A DNA stretch of 64,000 nucleotides from Octopus vulgaris (taxonomy: Eukaryota), in assembly GCA_951406725.2 (NCBI GenBank), contig OX597822.1:81034001-81098000 (forward strand). Reading direction: 5' to 3'. The notes below the pieces were generated by a model. It ran no database searches. It worked only from the letters and a program-made list of their open reading frames with translations, and was not told where the DNA came from. How positions within the stretch are numbered: the first letter of the stretch is position 1; every line of letters starts with the position of its first letter. The position numbers and the translations under genes were made by a program. Shown here one piece after another: positions 39,685 to 53,892 of the stretch.

Positions 39685-42002
39685 AGGCAGTACATAGAGT
39701 AAAGTAGCTTTGCGGGCTGGACGAGGACATTAATGAAATGAATGATAATGAAAGAAAGATGATAAGGATGGGAGAAGACAAAAAGCGCCCGCCGACTTCT
39801 GCTTCTCTAAAACATTGTTCTTTAAAACCAAACACAAAACAAGGTATTAAACCTCTTACAACTTTTACAACTTTTCAATTTTTGGACTTAACAGTCCATT
39901 ACAAACAACAACATAGTTCAATAATTACATATAATATAAATACAATACACAAAGCCCCTCCTCCCAGACCTGGCTTACACTTCCCTTAGGAATGCGCCAG
40001 CTCTAGGTCGGGGCCCCTCAAGTCGTATCTAAACATGTCCTATCAAACATAAAAAATACATTATCACTTCTCCCTTCCTCCTCTTTCCGGACCTCCAGTC
40101 AAATATCTAGCCGCCTGCAGAGCAGACCACTTTGACAGCCGGGGAGTTCAGAAAGAAAGCAAAGTGCCTATTATCAAAAGTTTGTGTCACACAGTGCCAC
40201 CATTTATGACTCATCCTCAAAATAACTTGTGCCCGCATCCTCTGCCATCCTCCACGCCTCTTCCAAAACCGCATCGAGTTCCGTGTTAGCGTTGCCCGGG
40301 TACAAGCGATATTCCTCATTGAGCTCCTCCAGCTCAAACGTCACGTCGAACGTCGTGGCCTCCACAGCTATCTGCGCAGGCCATTCGGGGTCCTGTGTGA
40401 AGGCTGAAGGTGCTCCCTTATGGTGCCTTTCCATCACCTTTTCAATCTCTCCGCCTCTATGGAAGAAGATCAATACATCGTCTTTTCACGGGGGCGGGAT
40501 ATTCAATTCTTTCATTGGCGGCACAGTTCCCGCCAACGGTGTTTCTTCTGTCGGTGGCACAACCCCAACCGACGTAGTTCCGGGACATTCCGGTACTATG
40601 TCACCGACTGCCGGCAATGTCCCGTTTCTCTTCCTCTTCCTCTTTTTTTTTCTTTTCAAATGAGGGAGGGTGCGTCTCCTCCGTGGCCGGAAGATTCGCA
40701 TTTCCCTCCTCATCCCTAGGATCCTTTGGTGAGCACCCATTGTTGCTCACCTTCTTCCTCTTTCGGCCCCTGTTTGAGGAGTCCTCCGCTTCCTCGGCCG
40801 TCTTCATTCCCTCTTCTACAGGGGTTTCACTTAACTGCTCCGGGATCTTATTTTGTTCCCGGGTACAGTTTTTCTTTATATGGCCAGACACCAGGCACCG
40901 ATGACACCTGGGGGCGACCCTCAAGTATCACCGGGTACCTGCACCCGGCCATTTTCAAAAAATCTGGAAAAACCAGATTGGCTGACTGGGTCCAAAGGGT
41001 CAAAATTGCTTTTGACCCAACCCAAACAGCCGCAGGAAGAACTTTCACATTAAGAAGCTTGGTCCCGCTGCCACCCAGACCCCGGAGGATAGTCTCCTCT
41101 ATCCACTCGGGTTTTATCCCGGGTGGCAGCCCGCAGATCCAAGCTTTCGTCAACCTCTTCCCATGATACGTGGGAAGAAATAAAATTTCCTTACCCTCCA
41201 GGGGTTGACTAGCAAATTTGCGAGCCTCTTCAGGGATGTCAAATAGCAACCACACCGTTGCATATCTGACACCCCTGGAAATGAATTTAATTGTTGGCAA
41301 ATACTCTGCCAACTCCTTTTCAATTGCCGTCTTTTCGAATAGGGCGATGGTGTCGAGTGCCTTGGAGTAGGTTCTCAACACCACCGTCCTATCTTCACGG
41401 TCTTTTAACCACTTTTTAGGTAGTATAATCTCCCATTCCAAAATTTTGTCATTTTTCATTGCCATGTTTCTTTTTTCTTTTTGAAATATATTCAAAATAA
41501 AACTTAAAAAGCGAGAAGAAAAAAGAAATCAAAAGAAAGTCACAATAAACAAAAAGGAGAAAGTCAAATAAAGTTTAGAAGAAAGTCAATAGTTCAGGAA
41601 CATAGCAAAAAAATCTACCGGACATTCGGTACTCCCGGCCTAGGTTGAACCCGGAACGCCACAACTGGAACACAATTTTCACAAAAATTGATATACAAAT
41701 TGTTCAATCTTCGGAGGCAAAACACTCCCCCATACAGCAGTTCTCACAATTATTAAAGTTCTTCAAAAGGCACAATACAAGCAATAATTCTCATAATTAA
41801 GTGAGAAAAATATTCACTCAACGTAAACCGAAGACGAGGATACGCCCCACCAAAAATGAATCCAATAAATTCTCAATACACAAAAACAGCAGCCGCCGAG
41901 AGCAGGCGAAATTGTCCCAGAGCTGGACACAATTTACTGAAAAAATAATTCACACGCAATAAATTGTTGCTCGGCTCGCTACCGATCCTTCTAGCGCGCC
42001 GC
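39685..42002 (-). mobile_element. ORF1-only Tx1/L1-related non-autonomous retroelement (boundaries approximate)
   Basis: About 500-bp 5' UTR, one gag-like ORF1, about 500-bp 3' region, and no APE or RT motifs. Confidence 0.65.
40204..41495 (-). pseudogene. Tx1/L1-type ORF1 (gag-like, CCHC zinc knuckle), about 430 codons when reconstructed
   Basis: ORF 40848-41495 shifts in a C-run into 'PRCHRCLVSGHIKKNC' (CX2CX4HX4C). It shifts again in an A-run into 40486-40740 and continues through one TGA into 40204-40473 (same frame). It aligns by eye to the LINE ORF1: 'FLPTYHGKRLTK' vs 'MIPSYHGQRVTK', and 'VILEGRP' vs 'LVVEGRRPRC'. Confidence 0.8.
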
Positions 42003-42719
42003 TTTAATAGCATATAATTGTTGAGTTAAAAAAAAATTTATTGTATTAAAAAAAAAAGAGGGTTGCTCAAGCAGCAAAAACCCGCAATCTTTGTAAGCAT
42101 GAGAGGTGTTCTACCATTGGACCAAAGTAATACTTCGAATTTCACACTTCATTTTAGAAGCTTTGTTCTTCCCATTAAGAGACGTGACACAATTCGTTTT
42201 AACTGCAAAACTCGAAATAGATAAAGCTATAAATGATAGTGTGTGAATATTGATTGGAAAAACCTTTTGGATAGAAAAAGTCGAAGGTTGTCAAAAAGGG
42301 TTTTAACCTAATGTTATTATATCTCCTTCCAGTTCTACGGTTTAAATTGAAATATTTCCCGTTTCCCGAAAGTTTTAAGTCCTTGTAACGTAAACATCAG
42401 TTTGTATGTATGTATGTATGTATGTATGTATGTATGTATGTATGTATGTATGTGTGTGTATGTATCTGTGTGTGTGTGTGTGTGTGTGTGTGTACGTGAG
42501 GACGTATGGCCTAGTGGTTAGAGTGTTGCACTCACGATCTTAAGATTGTGGTTCTAATTTCTAGTCAGGGTGTTGTGGGTTACTGTACAGCATGTACATT
42601 TGATCACTATATAAACAAATGATATGTGCAGGTCGTTCGGCAAAGTCTGAACTCCCATACGTCATCTTCGGCGTATGAGTCCATCATAAACACACACACA
42701 CGTATATAACGATAACGAT

Positions 42720-43010
42720 ATATGTCGTCCTTTTCAAGCCTAGCCAGGCACATGGGCCCAGTTTCCCGGTTTCTGTGGTGTATGTGTTCACCCCAGCTGG
42801 ACGGGACGCCAGTCCATCGCAGCGTTACTCAAGAAACAGGAAGAGAGAGTGAGTGAAAGTTGTGGCGAAAGAGTACAACAGGGGTCGGTACCAACGCCTG
42901 CCGGAACGTCGTGGAGCTTTTAGGTGTTTTCGCTCAATAAACACACACAACGCCCGGCCTGGGAATCGAAACCGCCGAACACACACACGTATGGGCCATT
43001 GCGCCTCCAC
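42720..43010 (-). mobile_element. tRNA-derived SINE, family C (tail type 3, V-domain-like)
   Basis: Head ggaggcgcaatggccca..., tail ctgcgatggactggcgtcccgtccagc...gaaaccgggaaactggg. Confidence 0.8.
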
Positions 43011-43694
43011 ACACACGTATATATTCACCTAAAAAAGTTGTTCATCACATCGCTCAATCTTTCTCAGTATTTGTATACAAAAACATGTGAGCGACCCTCC
43101 TTTCTACACTTCTTACAACCACGTAACGCAGTCGACCCAATGACAGACAGAGAGAAGAAGAGACTCAAGTCCTTATTCATCGAATCATCGACCGACCTCG
43201 CAAAGCAACTGATCCAACACGTTAACAGCTTTACCAATTCGCCAACAAAAATGCAAATTAACTCTATATAATAAAACTTATCGGTTTCTTTCTATTCTGA
43301 ATATAGACGTTGTCTAATATCAGCAAGGGGATAAAAGATAAATTAGTCATTCGGTATCACTTCATTTGACTATGAAATGATGTTAGTGACCTCGTATCTC
43401 ATCTCAATTTATTGGTAAAAAAAAATAATAAATAAAATCTGACGAAACTAGTGATCTACTGCGTCTTCCAAAATTAAGCTTTCATCTCTCCTTTTAAATA
43501 TCATTCTTATTTCCCTTCTGTTTCCTCTATCTCACCCCACTGTTTTATATCTCATATCTTTTGTTCCATCCGATTAATCATTTCGCTCCCGTCCCAAACC
43601 CTTCTCTGTCTTCGCCCGACCCAACAATCTATCTCTCTCTCTCTCTGCCGCGCGCTGTAAGTGTATGTATGTGTGTATAAATGAATGTCTTATG

Positions 43695-43729
<35 letters not shown>

Positions 43730-43970
43730 CTAGATATAGATATAGATATAGACATAGATAGATATATACATATATATATATATATGTAGAGAGAGGGGCG
43801 ATAAGTGAGACAGGGGGAAGGAGAAAGACATAACTTATCAGCTCGTCTATTTTCCTGTAAGTGGGAACATATGGGTGGCACATAAAAGACAATGCTAATG
43901 ATAGAATATTTTCATAACAAACAAACACATATATACTATATATTCATATGGATGGATGGACGGATGGATG

Positions 43971-44161
<191 letters not shown>

Positions 44162-46426
44162 GGGCACGGACGTGGCTGTCTGGTAAGAAGTTTTCTTCCT
44201 AACCACATGGCTTCGGGTTCAGTTCCACTGCGTCACATCTTGGGCAAGTGCATTCTACTACAGCCTCGGGCTACTGAATGTCTTACGAGTCGATTTGTTA
44301 GACAGAAAGAGAAAGAATCCCGTTATATATAGATGTGTATGCCTGTGTGTGCGTGTGTGTGTGTGTGTGTGATAGATAAATATATAGATATGTATGAATA
44401 TGCGTATATATGTGCGTGTGTGTGTGTGTCTGTGTGTCTTAGCCAATAGGTATGTAGCTATCTAAAAATATATTCATTCTTCGTAGCTCCACATTTGATG
44501 ACGTCCCGATGTGGGGCAAGGGGTATCGTTGAAACGTTCGACGTGCATTAGGCACTTTCAAGCTTTTGGAGCCTCACTGCCCATATCTGAATAGAAACGA
44601 TTTGAGAGAGAGACTGAAGAGAGAGTAGTTTCTGAATCAACTTCAATCGTGGGCAGATGCTTAAGAATTACCCCTCGAAATTATCAAAGGCAAATATTCT
44701 TTCGGCGGGATTCAAACTCCGAAGCTAATAATGGAAGACCTACTATCTCACGTTCTACTAGCTCTAAGGCAGCAAAAAAAAAAAAAAAAAGAAAACAGAA
44801 AAAATTATAGTTAATGAAGAGCAAGAGTAAATGGAACGAAGTAGTAATAAAGCACGTCCACGGTTTTAAGTTGGATATGTTACGTGGAACCAGAAGAAAA
44901 ATTATATGCTCTGTTGTGGAAATCAGTTTTTCTCTGAACACCAATGTGGTTGGAAAAGTAGAGCAGAAAGAGGACATCTATGAACTACTATTAAGGCTTT
45001 TGTAACTCCAACACCCAAGATTTCATACCTATTATTATTGGAATAACAGGATAGCTCCCTACATGTTTCGAGAAAAGTATGGCTGATGTTGGGTTATTGG
45101 GAGTGAAATGCGACTTCTTAATTCATATGCTACTATAAATAAGGAAATCTGAGCGAGACAATAAAAATATGCCAGAACTTCTTAAATTTTAAATAAAAGA
45201 TGAATAAAAGAATGAAACGTTCCTTCATAACCTTGATACCAAACAGGCAGCCGTTCAAAGTTAACTCAAAATCAAAAATAGATAACGAAAACATTTATGC
45301 ATTCGCACACACATACATACAACGAAACATACAAATCTGCACACGTATTGACTCTTGCACACATACAAGCATACAGTCACAACTATCCTGTTGATATTGA
45401 ATTTCCAATGAAGGAGCCTTGGATCTACATTAGAAAGCTGCTCTTTGACCGCTGGCAGGAAATCTAGAAATAAAATTCAATAATACATACATTTACACAC
45501 ATACATACATATACACATGCATCTGTACATTCATGCACATATATACACAAACCCAAATACTCATTTGTTCTATTTCTCCGACTTCCTCTTTTCTCTCGTT
45601 CTCTTTCTTATATTCTTTCCCTTATTTTCAGTTTCTTTCCTCGGTCTTTCACACTTTTGTCTAATCCCATCAAACAATCCCCAACACAACACCTTTCCCT
45701 GACCCTTGATGTATGTTTGTCGCCCTTCTCCTTCACCAGCTTCCCGTCCTTCCACATCGTCAAACTCTCTCAATCTAATCATCCGTTTTATATTATATTC
45801 CGCTAACCTTGAAGACGCTACTAATTACTTTAAAAGGACGTAGCTCTGTACTATAATTTTGCTGTCACTTTGAGAAATTCCAGCATCAGGATACAATCAT
45901 TATCAGTCACTGAAAGTCAAACAAGGAGATTAACTTTAAACATATGAAAGAATTCAATACGGTTCGCTATTCCAGGTTTGGAAATTTTCCATATTGTACA
46001 CACTTTCTTATAATACTAATTGAACTTCTCGATGATAATAGCAATATGTAAAGGTTAACAACAACAGCAACAACAACAAGCATGCCTTTACAATATCCAG
46101 ATATGTATCCGGTTGTTAGAAATAGCTAACAGTTCGTAGTATATACATTCTAAGAATATTCAGATATATACAATAAGCGAAATGTTAACAATACACCTGA
46201 TTTTAGCATTATAACTAGATGCTACATCTTGATGTTAATTGGATCCGGTGTTTCCAATATTCAGGTATTAGCATTCTCTAGATATATTAACAATAAACGA
46301 TAAACAGATATATCAGCGATATCGGTTATACATGTGGAGTGTATGTTTGTACGTCTGTGTATGTTTATCTGTAAACACGTATGAGTTTATAGATTTACAG
46401 AAGTATGCACTGTATTTGTGTGTGTG

Positions 46427-46458
<32 letters not shown>

Positions 46459-46734
46459 CAGGTGTATGTCTTTATGATTCTTTCGATGCGCCATTTTAGT
46501 ATACATAAGTTTGTGCTTGTGAATGCGATCATAAACATGTGTAGCTCTTTAAGAATATGTGTTGTATTCTAAAAGCTATTATTATTGATTCGTGAGGGCG
46601 CTTTGGCCAGTGGTTAGGGTGTTGTACTGACAATCGTGAGATTCATGGTTCCAATTCCTGGTCCGGGTGCTGGGTGTGTTGTGCTTTTGAACAAAACAAT
46701 TCATCTCATGTTGATCTGCGATCGCATCGATACA

Positions 46735-47445
46735 AGGATGCGGCGAAAAATACAACTTCCGAAATTGGTAACCAAGAATCGATATTTTGTTGCGAATTAG
46801 GCTAAAAAGGAAAGTGTATAAAGAACTTTGCGGTTAAATAGTTTCTCAGACTCTGCAACGCAATTGAAAAATTTTTAAATCGCTAATTTTGGTAAAATTT
46901 GGTATTTCATGGTCAATAAGTCATAAGGAATACCTATTTCTACCAAGAAGAATGCATTATCAATAAATAGAGTTTCCTTATAAGGTTGCAACCCAAATAT
47001 CAATATAATTAACGAAGATCTTAAGGTTCTGCATTGACTATAAAGAGATCTGGAGTGAAAACTTCTCCCCTGCGCCCCTGCAATGGTCGTTGCATGTGGA
47101 CGTACGTCGTACCCGTGTGAATTTTTCTGCTTTGTACCTTGACTCTTGTCCATTGTATTAAAATTAATGATCGTGTTAAATTTAGCGTTGTTTACATTTA
47201 ATGATGACTCATAAGCCAATAACGCATCACGATATTGAATGCCCAATATTTCGTACTCCATGGTATCTCAGCGAGCAAGGTTTGCCAACTTACAAGGACG
47301 TACTAAAATGTGTTTTATTGGAACGAGAAAAGGGAAAGAATGTAGTTAATAAAGACGTTTCAATTAATCAAAATTTTCAAGATTGTAGCAGAAACATACT
47401 CAACACATAAACTTTTTCACGCATAAACGTCCATAAATACGTTTA
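46735..47445 (+). mobile_element. DNA transposon 5' remnant (hATm-like, tentative)
   Basis: ORF 47201-47410 'CPIFRTPWYLSEQGLPTYKDVLKC' resembles the CP.FG.P..L....LPT..DV N-terminus I recall from hATm-type transposases. It is truncated at a (GATA)n tract. Confidence 0.4.
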
Positions 47446-47449
47446 CATG

Positions 47450-47555
<106 letters not shown>

Positions 47556-47687
47556 CATACATACATATATACATACATACATACATAGATGGATAGAGAG
47601 AGAGAGAGCGAGAAAGAGAGAGAGAGAAAGAGAGAGACAGACAGACAGATATTCAGACAGACAGATATTCAGACAGACAGACAAATG

Positions 47688-47768
<81 letters not shown>

Positions 47769-47828
47769 ATAAATAGATAGATAGATGGATAGACAGATAG
47801 ATAGAGAGAGAGAAAGAGAGAGAGAGAG

Positions 47829-47914
<86 letters not shown>

Positions 47915-48221
47915 CTTTCTTTTATTAGCCACACAGGGCTGAATACAGAGGGGACAAATACAAATGTAGAGCTTTTCTTTCCGAGGGTGGAAAATAAAAA
48001 GGAAAATAAATGTATGATTTCGATCAAAAGGGATCGAGAGGAAAAATAAAAACAAATAAAGAAACGTGTATCACAGAAGCACTTTTTTTAAAGAAACATT
48101 TATAAAACAAGATTAGGTTCATCCGTGGGAAGAAAAGCCTACAGAAAAGACCACGGGAACCTCAGTCAGGGAGGAAATAACCACATGAGAGCAAAATACT
48201 CTCTCTCTCTCTTTTTATGAT

Positions 48222-51200
48222 TTACAGGATAATGCTCAAAATGGTTTCATCACTCGCACGCACCATCTTTGCAACATTCACCCATCCTTTTTTGAATCTT
48301 TCGCGAGACAAAACTTCCCTCTCCATTCTCACCTTCCTTTTCAAGTGGTACTTGAAAAAGTTGATGAGCGATTGGCCAGAGAGGTAAGTGTTTGTCTCTA
48401 ATCCTTTCGCTCGGGTCCACCACACACATTCTTTCACCATGGCCACCAGTACGATGAAAACTGTCTTTCCTTCCCGGTCGAGGGAAGGGGCGGAGCAGTA
48501 CTCACGATAGACTCGGCCGATAGGCGGACTCGTCCCACACGTGACAGCAGCAGTTCGGCATAAGCCCACAGGTCTGAAATGGTTGGACATTGCACGAGTG
48601 CGTGCAGAACGATTTCGTCGCTCTGACCGCATCTCGGCTAAGTCGGTCCAGTGTGTCTGGAACCGTGTCTGTAGAGCTTATCCCGAACAGGTAATGCTTC
48701 TCGATAGCACTGCCAGGCCAGGGATCTTTGGTGATTGTTCATAGGTCCCGGCCCGAAAGTTGTCCTGAACAGGCGGGTCAGGTGTTCCTCGTCGACGCCC
48801 AGACTCTGCCCGAGATCGTCGTCGCACCTCCCCACCACTAATCCTCTATATAATGCCTTTGTCGTGATGGAGACGCACAAGTTTGATCCCGGACGGCAGA
48901 GTTGCTTCAGAGCAACGCGACACTCGCGGTGCCATTCGCCTAGACTCGGTCTCTGCTTGATCCATGACTGTAGTTCGGCCAAGGAGACGAGCTGCGGGAA
49001 AGCGCGCCGCACAAAAGGCGACCACACCTGTTTACCGTCGTCTATGAAGCGCCGGAGATGTCACAGTCTCAGCGCATGTCTACGCATCATCAACCACGGC
49101 ATGCCCAGCCCTCCATTTAGCGGTTGTTGACAGCAAATGGATCGCCTAGCCATCGGAACGTTTCCCTTCCATAGGAAGCGGAAAAGTATACGTTCCAGTT
49201 TGGCGATGGTAGGGTCGGGACAAGGCACGACGGTCAGACGATACTCTATGATGGATGCGATGTATGCGTTCGCCACCTCCGCCAGACCTTTTAGGGATAG
49301 CTTTCTCACAGCCCATTTCTGGGTGAGAGTAGCCACTCTAGTCGTTATTTCGCCCCAGTTCTTCTCCATTTGGAGGTCCGGACCGAACCAGACCCCGAAC
49401 AATTTAACCGGTCCGTCGGTCCAGCGTCCCACGATGAAGACGCTGTTGGACGGCATGGGCCTGCTTCTCCAGGTGCCGAGCCGCAAGCCCACTGATTTTT
49501 CCCGGTTAATTTTTGCTCCCGTTACCGCTTCGTATTCTTTTAGTGTCTCGCCGACCAGCTCGATGTGCTGGTAGCTCGACACTATGACGGTGACGTCATC
49601 TGCGTATGCAGACACGCTCCTCCCGCATCCCAGCTCTCGTGGGATGCCCCTCAGCGTCGCCAGTTTCCGCAGTAGTGGCTCAAGAGTCAATACATACAGA
49701 AGCGATGAGAGGCGGCATCTCTGACGAACCGAACGCATGATGTTAAAAGGTCTGGATAGATGACCATTTTCGCGAACTACTGAGCGGATGCCGCTGTATA
49801 AGGCAGCGATCCAACCGCGGAAAACTGGACCGAAACCAGCCGCTTTAAGAAACCAGCCTCCAAGTAGTGATGGTCTACCCTATCGAAAGCTTTTGATTGA
49901 TCCAAATTGATCAGCGCCCCACCCATGCCAGGATTCTTGACTACCCTGTCTATGATGTAGCGCATCAGATGGAAGTTGTCATGAATACTTCTACCCGGCA
50001 CGGCGCATGTTAGCGCCTTGTCGACTTGCTTCTTGATGACAAGCGCCAACCTCTCGGCTAACACCTTGGCCAAAATTTTCAAATCTGCGTTGAGCAGAGT
50101 GATTGGCCTGAAATTATCTATGACGTCCCCCTTGTTTGGGTCTTTCTTAATGAGTGCCACTGCTCCTCGCTTTTCAAAAGCAGGGATACTCCCGTTGTGC
50201 TGCCAGTTGCAGTAGACAGCTGCCAAGACGCCTCCAAACAAGTCTGGCATATGACAATAAAGTTCGTAGGGCAGACCATCCAAGCCTGGTGACTTGTCTC
50301 TCGCGTAGCCTGCCATCGCATCCTGTACGTCCGCAGCTGTGATAGGCCTTTCACAAGACTCCGCCTCTCTTGCTGAGAGTCGTGGCAAGGCATGCAGGTA
50401 GGCACTAAAGTCTACTCTGCGTTCTGACCCACCACTTGTCTCAAACAGTTGGGTGAAGTGTTGTTGAAAAGCCTCACACATCTTTTTAGGCTCAATCAAT
50501 TCGCGCCCCTGTTCATCTGTAAGAGACTTGATGGTGACCCTGTTGCCTCGTTGCGTCTCCACCACTCGGGCTTCTTGGGCGGCTCCAACTCCTTCGTTCC
50601 TCAGAGCACGCATCCTAGCTCTGACAACGCATCCTTCGTGTTTGGCGTTGAGGTGTTGGTCGAGAGCCAACCTCGCTGCCAGTACGTTGGACGCGATGCC
50701 AGTTCTAAGTGCCTCTTCTAAAACCTTAACTAAATCTCCCTCTATTCTATTTCGTTCTAATGCTAGGGCTTTACTGTACCTGACTGATTCTGCTTTAATT
50801 GCTTTTTTTAGGGCATACCACCATCTGTTGTTGATGATGGTACCCGTCAAAGCTCTCATAACTAATGTGTTGACCGGTCCCTGTAAACCTGTCGTGCTGT
50901 AAAAGACGCATTCAGCTTCCAGTAACCAGGACCCTGCCTATGTGTCTTATCTAAGTCAAGTGTACAAGTCACAAACTTGTGGTCTGTGTAACTGACTATA
51001 TGAAATCGTGGACAACCTACACTATTTTTATCTATTGTCCTACAGAATACTCTATCTAAGTACGATCTGGACGACCGGATGCGGTTACTCCATGTCCACA
51101 TTGGCACATTCGGGTGGTCCAGTTGGTACCTATCAGACAGTTGGAAACGTCTGAGCAGGTCTTTGAGGCATTTGCATCCCCTCCTATTGCTATCTCTGCC

Positions 51201-51659
51201 CACATAGTCTAGATGCGTGTCCAGGGTGGCATTCCAATCCCCCACTAAAAGTAAAGGACGAGACGTTCCCATGAAAGACTCTAGACGTGGAAAGAAATCT
51301 GGTCGGCTTGTTAAAGACGGAGCATAAACTGTTATCAGTCGAAAAGCACACTCATTGCTGCCATCGACATCCAAAACGACCAACCTACCCTCTGGGTCTA
51401 GGAAAATTGCTCTTACTTTGAGGTCCAGACTCTTCCGGAGAAGCACCGCGGTGCCACCTCCGCCCATTCTCGGTAGACACGCAGAAAAATAAATGTTGAA
51501 ATGTGTGCCGAACATGTGCTGGAGTGTCCGCGATCTGTGGAGTCTGGTCTCACTGATGGCTATGATATGCAGATTTAGTGACTTGATGTCGTTTAACAGG
51601 TAGCCTTGTTTCCAAGGCGACCCCAAACCACGTACATTTTTACTGCCTATTTTGAGCAT
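48222..51659 (-). pseudogene. LINE ORF2: APE endonuclease + reverse transcriptase (fragmented)
   Basis: APE: 'IGSKNVRGL', 'ISETRL', 'VYAP', 'VGDWNA', 'YLDRVF', 'TDHK', 'YWKLN'. RT: 'KSPGLDGLPYE', 'FRPITLLNADLKILAK', 'LDQSKAFDRVDH', 'LEPLL', 'AYADDV', 'GGLGMP'. Split over five ORFs. Confidence 0.95.
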
Positions 51660-51729
51660 GTTCCTATCAAAAATTGTGTTTTACACACGAAAAGAAGGTG
51701 AGAAAAAAAGGAAAGAGAGAGAGAAAAGG

Positions 51730-53892
51730 TTACTTATTGTCCGAAAGTCCTTTGTTTTTCACCTCATAGTCTTCTCCCATGAGGTTTTTATAATGTTTCT
51801 TTGATAAATATTTTTGAAATCTCCCAACTGCATCAGGGTAGAGGTATTTCAGGGTGCTGTGTGTTCTGTGTTATGTGTATTATTTTAATGTGTTGTGGTG
51901 GTGTTGTGCGTGGGTGGTTATTTGTTTTTGTGTCGTTTTCAGTTATATTGGTGTTTGACCTAATGTATTCCATTAGGTCGTGGTTGTTTGTGTTTATGGC
52001 TGTCAACATTGTTGGGGGGTTTGGTGATAGTGTATTTGTGTTGATGTGTTTGTTTTCTGTGAATGTTTTTGTTTCGAGAGTGGTGAATCTTCCTGCTTTG
52101 TTTGTTAGATTTTCTATTCTTTTTCCCCTTTTTTCTCCTCACCCCTGTGGCTATTTGTCAATCCTCTGTGTCTTCTTCATCTAATGACATGCCAAAGGAA
52201 TCAGAAAGTGGGAGGGGTCTATTTTTGACTGTGTTGACTTTGTTGTTGGTGTTGGTTGGTGAGCGTTAGGGTGTGGTGTATGGATTTTTGGAGGTGGTGT
52301 GTGGGTATTTTGTGTTTGTGTGATTGTAGGTATTGTTGTGGTGTTTGGGGGGGTGTTTTGTGGGGATTTGGAGTAGTAATTGTTTCTTCATTTCAATGCT
52401 TGTCTTTTTGGTAGATGTTCTTGGTTTGGGAGTTGGTTTCTCTTTGGCTGTTGTTGATGTTTCTGTTCTTGGTACAGTTGGTGGTGTTGTTTGGTTGGAT
52501 AGGTTTGTTTCTTGTTGATTTTCTGTTATTGGTCCTTTTATTGTTCGTGCAAACTGTGGTGTGGGTAATGAAGCTGGCTTTTTTGTTTTTTCCGGCTGCT
52601 GTTGTTGTTGCTGCTGTTTTCTTGCGGCAGATTTGCAATCTCTTTTTAGATGTTGCTCACTGCCGCATATGTAGCAGCGTGGTCTTCTGCCCTCGACGAC
52701 CAGATACAACTTGTGGTCTTCTGATATATAGATCTGGGTGGGTATTTTCTTGATGGCATCTTGGTTGATGTGTAGCAGAATTTCTACTCTTTTTCCCACC
52801 CAGTTTTTGTGTTCAGTGACCGTGGTTTATAATATTTTAAAATCGTCCATTTCCACACATATGGCCGATGTTAGCCACAGAGTGTCCGCTTTTTGCGGAA
52901 CATTGTTTAAGATGACCTTAGTCACTCTCTGTCCATGGTAGCTAGGTATCATTGTGAGTTCATCCGAATGAAGAGTTAGCGTTGAGAATCGTTTTGCTAA
53001 CTCTTCAGTGTGGAAAACTACTTGTATGTGCGCAAACTTGTTCCACCAGGTCACATATTCTTTGAAGTTCCAGATAGGTTGCAAGCATTTTTCGATTTTG
53101 CTTGTGTTAGCCTTCTCTGGACATTTTGTCTTCTTGTTGATTATTTTATATATAATGGGTTTTTTTTTCATTTTCTAGTATTTGGTGTGGTATGTTTATT
53201 TTTAGCTTGCCATCTTCCTTAGTTATTAAAGCCTTGGTATCTTTTATATGTTGTGCAGTAAAAGATACTGTTGTCTTCTTTTCTTTTATCGCCTCGGCGA
53301 AATTTGTTGTTGTTTTGTTATTGTTGTTGCTGGTGATGATGTTGTTGTTGGCTGCAGTTGGTAAATTCGGTGTATTTGGTGTCTGATGTTTGATTGTACA
53401 AGTAGGAAGGGGTAGAAAATTACTTGCATAATTTGTCCCTGCGTTTGAGCAGCTGTCGGCAATTTGTTTGGTGGTCACGGTCTTTTGTTTATCTCTTTCA
53501 GTTCTTGGTGTTGGAGGAAGCAAGGTCTGAAAGGAATTGTTGTTGTTGTTATTGTTGTTATTGTTGTTGGTGTTGGCGGTGGTGTCAGTGGCAGAAGAGA
53601 CAGCCGTGGCAGCAGCTATCGAAATGGTGGCGCAATGGTTGTTATTCTTGTTGTCATTGTTGTTGGTAGTTATGGCAGTGGATGAGATGGTGGTGGTGGT
53701 GGTTTTGACAGGACTATTTATAGTACAAAATTCTCTGTTGTTGACAGCGATGTCTTTTTCAAATTTTTTGTACTTGATTTTTTTTTCGTTTTTCAAAAAT
53801 TCGTTCTTTTTTCCTTCTGTCATTCCAAGACATGGAAAATCTTCGTCAGACAAACTTGACAAAATTTGATCAACGACCAAATTTCTCGACAT
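51730..53892 (-). pseudogene. LINE ORF1 (gag-like, CCHC knuckle; fragmented)
   Basis: ORFs 53146-53892, 52827-53171 and 52266-52799, with 'RCYICGSEQHLKRDC' and T/N/Q-rich low-complexity flanks. It lies directly upstream of ORF2. Confidence 0.85.
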
